DNA of 64,000 nucleotides from Candidatus Zixiibacteriota bacterium (GTDB lineage Bacteria; UBP14; UBA6098; JBKHBT01): NCBI GenBank assembly GCA_046542255.1, contig JBKHBT010000001.1, positions 41,627 to 105,626 of the forward strand, read 5' to 3'. Shown piece by piece: positions 63,601 to 64,000 of this stretch (position 1 is its first letter; each line of letters starts with the position of its first letter). The notes under the pieces were generated by a model. It saw only the letters and a program-made list of their open reading frames with translations, ran no database searches and was not told where the DNA came from. The position numbers and the translations under genes were made by a program.

Positions 63601-64000
63601 ACCATAGATGCCTATGTAACAGACATATATGGCAATGAAGTAGCTCCTGGAACGCAGCTTACCTTCTCGACAAGTATCGGCGAAATCGATACCATCACCT
63701 ATACCGATGCCACCGGTCATGCGGAAGTTCGATTCAATGTCGGAACCACTCCGGGCATTGCACAGATTATTGCCAATAGCGGAGATGCTGTTGGCATAAC
63801 AAATATTTCTTTAGAGAATACGGATGTCGCTACGATATTTGTCAGCGCAAATCCAGCCAGAGTAACAGTCGGCGCTACATCGACTGCCGAAGTCTCTGGT
63901 CAAGCACTTAATGATCTTGGTGCTCCAGTTTCTGATGGTTCGCCTATCACATTAAGCGTCCTTGATACAGACCTTGGCGCTGTATTCCCAACGACAGCAA
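48700..64000 (+). CDS. Giant cell-surface adhesin-like lipoprotein of tandem Big_1-type (invasin/intimin-like) Ig domains; 3' end beyond window (>5100 aa in window)
   Basis: ATG at 48700 with AGGAGG RBS. MNKNTVFAFLLFVLILSTTLFWFACQK is signal plus lipobox-like. Frame 1 stays open to the window end. The ORF track omits it because no stop lies inside the window. More than 50 ~95-aa units of two alternating types. One is …ADGxSTTxIxATVxDxxGNPVxxGxxVNFxTxxGxIxxxxxTDxxGxAxVxLxSGxxxGxAxIxA…. The other is …IIPSxxxIxLGExDTLxVxVxDxxGxPIxDDTxV…TxDGEAxxxLxTxxxxGxDTVxA…. Confidence 0.8.
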   Translation, partial: MNKNTVFAFLLFVLILSTTLFWFACQKTSNPIGVQEDKNWIIDSLYTVPSSFPYQGIGYVYADVVDEETGEPCDDPSIYVTFSSPNDTSIFSNSISYVNSDGIAASRVSLRNITDTTETLVVIDATIEYPNTDYESYYLSVGDQAASKAADIELEARPDTVFADSYDTVMVSCTVIDSFGSTIENVRVYLESVSRNFTIPSGNYYTDETGVAHVPIPAPTAPGEGVLRAYVYGAAETIVDDTVSFWFIPEAPVSNIQLTSDDMQIPADGISTTTLSARVMVGEPSAPAPDGTPVTFESDNGSFQDYVFATRRNPNPSEAEGDGIQESQSSWTAYTEDGVARVILVSSTEADSVTITATSDLVTAEHTILFTPGEPAIIELESNESSLIADASDTTSLTATVYDEYRNTVNAGITIEFDADIGFTSPAASNTNVNGVARSLLRSANSSGLATITASYGSIVDQVEVIYRSTTPQRLTMTVEPNELLADGSETATVRVQALDENYIAVTDGVPISFETNKGSFSPAASYLERPFENDDNDEINTDGIDDDDLRMSISEAMLEDDFVALTEGGFAEVTLRSDTIAGVAVVRSFHMTGDSYDAIDTARVPFYPGPPQRVEVSFYHDTITANGADTTTVYATVYDEYNNSIGSGYTVDFSTVEGSVFPTSQTTGSDGIARTKLTSSLNSGMHYITATASGITANTNIYFEASRPAEITLRADAYTMPADGISENILTAYLYDAAGRPVSNGTRVEFACSLGEFSLSSLYRRGISEEEPGDGRKIGHGLRSFSTMDSEEIYYAYTEDGQVSASLISPTSESTDTSIYAKVVTDSIIPPADTLVLADTISISYISGDISRIGVVAAPTSITNDSSEITATLYDEHDNPMGEGILVEFSTTMGSVNSPIVTDTLGQAKTYLFPGSETGTATVTARAGEVSGFVNVNIRPVNVGEIYLSLSSSEMTVDGETIDLEAYVTDADGYPVSDSTPIHFESTIGEVMPVVDNTARGLAISQLSPTGIIGKDTVIARFDTSVADTAFIKIKAGAPASIVMDVMPDTMYTGGLPSGQVCATVRDVYDNIVAFGTVINFEIGEGAIIPQAPTDSSGIATATVTSPLEPGATYITASYGGVSSTVPVVFESSPASEIILTASSNEITLDEICSLTVVAIDTISGVISDGVRVNFISDFSDIVPPIAFIEDGEAVSYAYPNEVNTDRIVAIVGELADTVEVNYNPGDVTRIEITSDESWIYANGSSRTTVRARCYDSEDNPVDRGVRLDFSSTMGELIPSSGIGITNSSGEATIILQSSTEPGTAVIQATYEDLIEFVNIDFIRSGADEVILLPSSRSFKIGDNVTLRTLVYDELGDPITDDTPVELYSILTDPIGIPVPSRPRTIDGEALSVLSDRGEVGVETIVANVDSAYDTVSIEIKPGDPARIELSATSSFLFANGSHTCDIEATVYDDNDNLLHSGQIVNFSTSMGELGSSVGVTSDSGVAAVELQSGTEEGTCVVQAYIGDIVAIETIDFMASNAGNIQIIPSSNRITLGEIDTVLVMVQDTDGLPISDDTPVILESLNDFLIPIPGVIRTLDGEATGYLYTAGEPGVDTVIAYSDPETASVEITVLPGEAELIELEALHNPILANGRDTSRIRATIKDSDGNNLGAGQRVDFTTTKGEIQSTGITNIDGEAEVLLTAGYEDGTAYVEATYEDLSQIVEVQLSGSEAFWLELMPSTNRLRLGNTCTLDVIAYDALFEPVTDGSQVLFRSDSGVGLVIPPATTTTDGQTRSFLYSNEQIGRDSISANMIGANDGSWIEFIAGDPAQISIEPARVDLFADGLDTTQIKVTVFDEDSFRVSSGIEVDLETTSGTIEPLTSYTNSSGEAFATFTAPTVPTTAYITATVRDIEANALINIERSELGSISIIPSKTRMSLGESCTLDVFVYDDSESYISDGTRVSFRSEIGFITPPIVETSDGHVQSILHTRRDVGTDIVTASVGGIDSTIEINFVSGKPATIELNPDENPIYANGYSRTRIEATVEDEYENPVKAGYRINFSATLGELESEIGVTNSSGIAEVYLKSGIRTGTSVIQGWYNDISGLTMVSFDQDTAGSIEIIPSSSSIRLGEIDTLTIMVFDTVGMPIADDTRIEVTLDTSSTGMVIPRVLWTEDGEATTYLYTTGDTGRAIITAAVGRTTATETIEIEAGTADNIELSASDSTLPANGVTRTNVVAKVLDDEGYVLGAGLVVNFTTTMGTIGAVAVTNTDGEATTTLTASNDIGVALVGASYAGVEQYMNVEMVYSDIASIDMFIEPSTINLGDSSIISLSVLDSDFEPVTDGTRLEVTTSPFGYVRPRIVRTVDGETQAIFKGDGLTGSATIRAFQDSSVEMAMDTIEVLPGIPANIQVNAIVDSFLYANGVDTASIIVEVTDADGNPVGAGLTVDLETDLGTLMPNIGITDDDGMVRVRYRAANSPGLALITATCEGEEGLETIELREANADIIELFSDSPIIQIGDTDTISAYVYTITPEEDTLFVSDGTRVNFSTDNGLILPPSSNTVDGYAFSVLSTGREPGEATIVARVGDTVDSTKVQILAGRPDRIILEAERNDLYANGFDETTIKAVVVDEDGNSVGSGLVLNFSTDLGTVTSAAMTQDDDTARVTYTAASEIGVAIITAEYEGITSILPITLEEAPIGNVELIPYKTEFGLTEVCTLQAFVTDSAGNDIADGTRITFTSNLCRVEPRYGYTERGMVFAVLYPRDSIGIDTVEAICGERDMARIKILPGEPSDILLNTQFDRIYANGFDTTDIAAQVVDIYGNPVLPGKLVNFTTDLGSIISVGITDSLSPDSMGIAKSILTSESVPGIAIVNAECEGASGSIPVEFMESIVDEMIIHADDRTLSYRDTTSIRVTMFAGGTYVSDGTMAFFSAENGQVRPIIQSTTDGEAVVEFYANDSLGPASVTVHAGDTSASETVDLTIEPGIPSRIQLEVQLDSIYANGISTDSIHATVYDEEDHIVGPGVIVDFTTSLGTIAPFGITNEDGRASAVLTSGSETGWANISATSGGASSNTLVKFFNANVGSIELIPERYVINLGETINLRAYVLDEDTLEITDGTRVRFSSILGYVDPIISTTSSGEAYSVLNTTTNTGFDTVTAVVGDKVDTVFVEILSAEPYRITVSTQFDSIYANGTAKSKVYAYVEDRYGNPVEDGTPIEFTTTLGEIINVAYTDSIGVNAAGDPVLHPDSIDHYENGYAISEVQAPNELGVGYINASYGAIRGVTSIKYYNASAGRVILRASSSSITLDEKDTLTVLVYDEDDAPIGDGTVVNFTTANGMGIVIPPVATTVAGEAQVVFEPFDTIGFETIVADVDGEDDSLTIEIKPGIPANLDLFLADSSDSILPADGYSEATIMAQVIDRYGYEVGSGYRIAFTTPTIGTVEPSEAYTNDRGQCEVNLISTTTEGMAIVRGEVEGGIFDQVEVRFVNSSVGNVILSIENNIVQIDEDRSNQISALVLDASGRRITDGTEIEFDATYGEAIPPIAFTTDGMATADYSPGIVTNTDMVSAYDPISGESDSLFVSVKAGICQLCSVTVSEDSVASDGGTCEITAYCYDFYDNPVEAGRPVTFTTSIGSIIGTAVTNEYGEAKTMFTSGNVLGTSIITAVCEEGTGTGEVEIIRPNIRFISMSADPLNITADGFSTSNITVRAYDDEANPISSGVIEFTSYNAEFGPDSTLGEIDSIAPITDGIATALFRSEREIATAWVIAERFGIRDSIQIDLIAGEPFAIDLNAMPPSLPADGESESQITATVNDEYGNIVKPGTQVNFSTDFGRLSPARGWTDSLGQVIVDLVSPDSICITTITATSGAAEGFATVEFEEVIADTIILLSDSLSMEANGNSRTTITAIVQDSDGGVVPDGTIVNFRARNSILLSNTALTTDGFAEVELRASTNAVDSAKVVANIGLVYSDSLVMNLRPGNAANILLTADDTTMSADGDTMVNIYAYVEDLYGNIVTSGTKVNFTTSLGTIDSIAFTDELGIAEVNFRAGTTPGIAQIIANSSEAVGVLGITLEDTEVDEILVNADPTRLVVGGTTSDITGQALNALGAPISDGAPITISVLNDSLGTVFPTRALTDTGYFASTFRAGRKTGNTYIKAGTGSAEDSVEIELIADVPYRFDSLYPADISIPADSLTTTEIRVMLVDRFGNPVAAGTEIEFESSLGDIELNTTTDTEGKAQVILQSGRESGVCRVTATSGDAIATTEVVFDETTPTSILLVSDDRELIADGNANTFLRATVSDTLGAAVSDGTPVTFSIAPDSLGYILPRVATTTGGEAVSVLRAATSLGEAEVIAQSGDSTGSTPIEFIAGPPYDIEVEVADSALDTIPADGFSTSDIRATVYDRNGNTVAGGYEVVFNTTAGSLDPTTTTTNSEGECITTLTSSTREEFASVRGTVEGTIIDQTEVFFQSSTVDDIILTIENNNVQIGDDTPNTVTALVVDAFDRRVSDGTYVTFQVDYGELLSMDGYTSDGVVTTDYLPATVDSSDTIIAFNSDSTVADTVTVSVKPGICRNITVDVDPPEIASDGRGSSAISAECYDFYGNPVEAGRDVTFTTTIGTVIGTSITNENGIARSILTSGPELGTAVITARCEDGVGTNEVDIIEPEIAFISVNADPIDITADGVSTSEITARVYDDEANPITSGLIKFSSFDSLGSIMGDIDTIAAISGGIATVDLRSAPTVGTAIVKAYTDAGISDSILVDFIPGVPNSIELEANPDTLPADGLSLSQIKAKVKDEFGNTVKPGTQVNFATEFGRLSASRGWTDDTGCVFIELTSADSIGVTTITAESGDAIGFENVEFTPIVAASIEIYSDSMSLEANGNSRTTVNATALDADGLAVPNGTPIRFYTTEGIMIPNSATTSEAIALSELRASTNAGDTAFVYAEASATVRSDSIGIYLRPGEAGNIVLTPNESTLPADGDTFTTIDAYVTDIYGNEVAPGTQLTFSTSIGEIDTITYTDATGHAEVRFNVGTTPGIAQIIANSGDAVGITNISLENTDVATIFVSANPARVTVGATSTAEVSGQALNDLGAPVSDGSPITLSVLDTDLGAVFPTTA
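58810..64000 (+). repeat. Higher-order (~2.95-kb, ~10-domain) tandem duplication inside the giant gene: unit 1 ~58810-61759, unit 2 ~61760 to window end
   Basis: Long collinear protein alignment between the units. Examples: GICQLCSVTVSEDSVASDGGTCEITAYCYDFYDNPVEAGRPVTFTTSIG vs GICRNITVDVDPPEIASDGRGSSAISAECYDFYGNPVEAGRDVTFTTTIG; LEANGNSRTT and GTTPGIAQIIANS are identical in both. Nucleotide identity is about 70-75% in sampled stretches. Boundaries are approximate. Confidence 0.55.

Noticed and set aside
49000-64000. Possible CRISPR array suggested by strong periodicity
   Set aside because: The periodicity is about 285 bp, with divergent units that translate into Ig-like protein domains. There are no short identical direct repeats with unique spacers. 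No cas genes are present.

Overview
64-kb window of an AT-rich bacterial chromosome (roughly 40% GC by eye, not computed). Coding density is high. Housekeeping genes (fliQ' -fliR-flhB-flhA flagellar/T3SS export core, lexA, lpdA, purH, purB, alr, dnaE, rarA, lnt, an nth-like glycosylase) are interleaved with secreted and envelope genes. There are two T9SS cargo proteins, identifiable by their C-terminal sorting domains. One is a 1693-aa type-B-CTD giant protein preceded by a small OM beta-barrel gene. The other is a 755-aa beta-propeller protein with a type-A CTD. The window also holds two tandem secreted serpins, DUF1573, a DsbD/CcdA-like fusion, several OM beta-barrels, and paralogous TPR proteins. 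A gene of more than 5100 aa built from tandem Big_1-type Ig-like domains begins at 48700 and runs off the window end. This gene content suggests an FCB-superphylum-like organism that also encodes flagellar export genes, but I cannot name the lineage. No rRNA, tRNA, CRISPR array, transposase or integrase was recognised. The most unusual structural signal is a pair of ~120-bp near-identical sequences in inverted orientation (33306..33428 and 47921..48038). Each sits in one of the two largest intergenic regions of the window. They bracket a 14.5-kb block of accessory-looking genes: GAF-HD-GYP, a secreted nitroreductase-like protein, an FN3 lipoprotein, a 22%-Tyr disordered protein, a DUF59 protein, rarA, two serpins, lnt, a T9SS propeller protein and a FemAB-like gene. 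Each copy carries a 9-bp-stem hairpin. Each lies in the same orientation upstream of a gene: an Lrp/AsnC-type small regulator for one copy and the giant adhesin for the other. All calls are from reading the sequence and the ORF translations. No database search was run.
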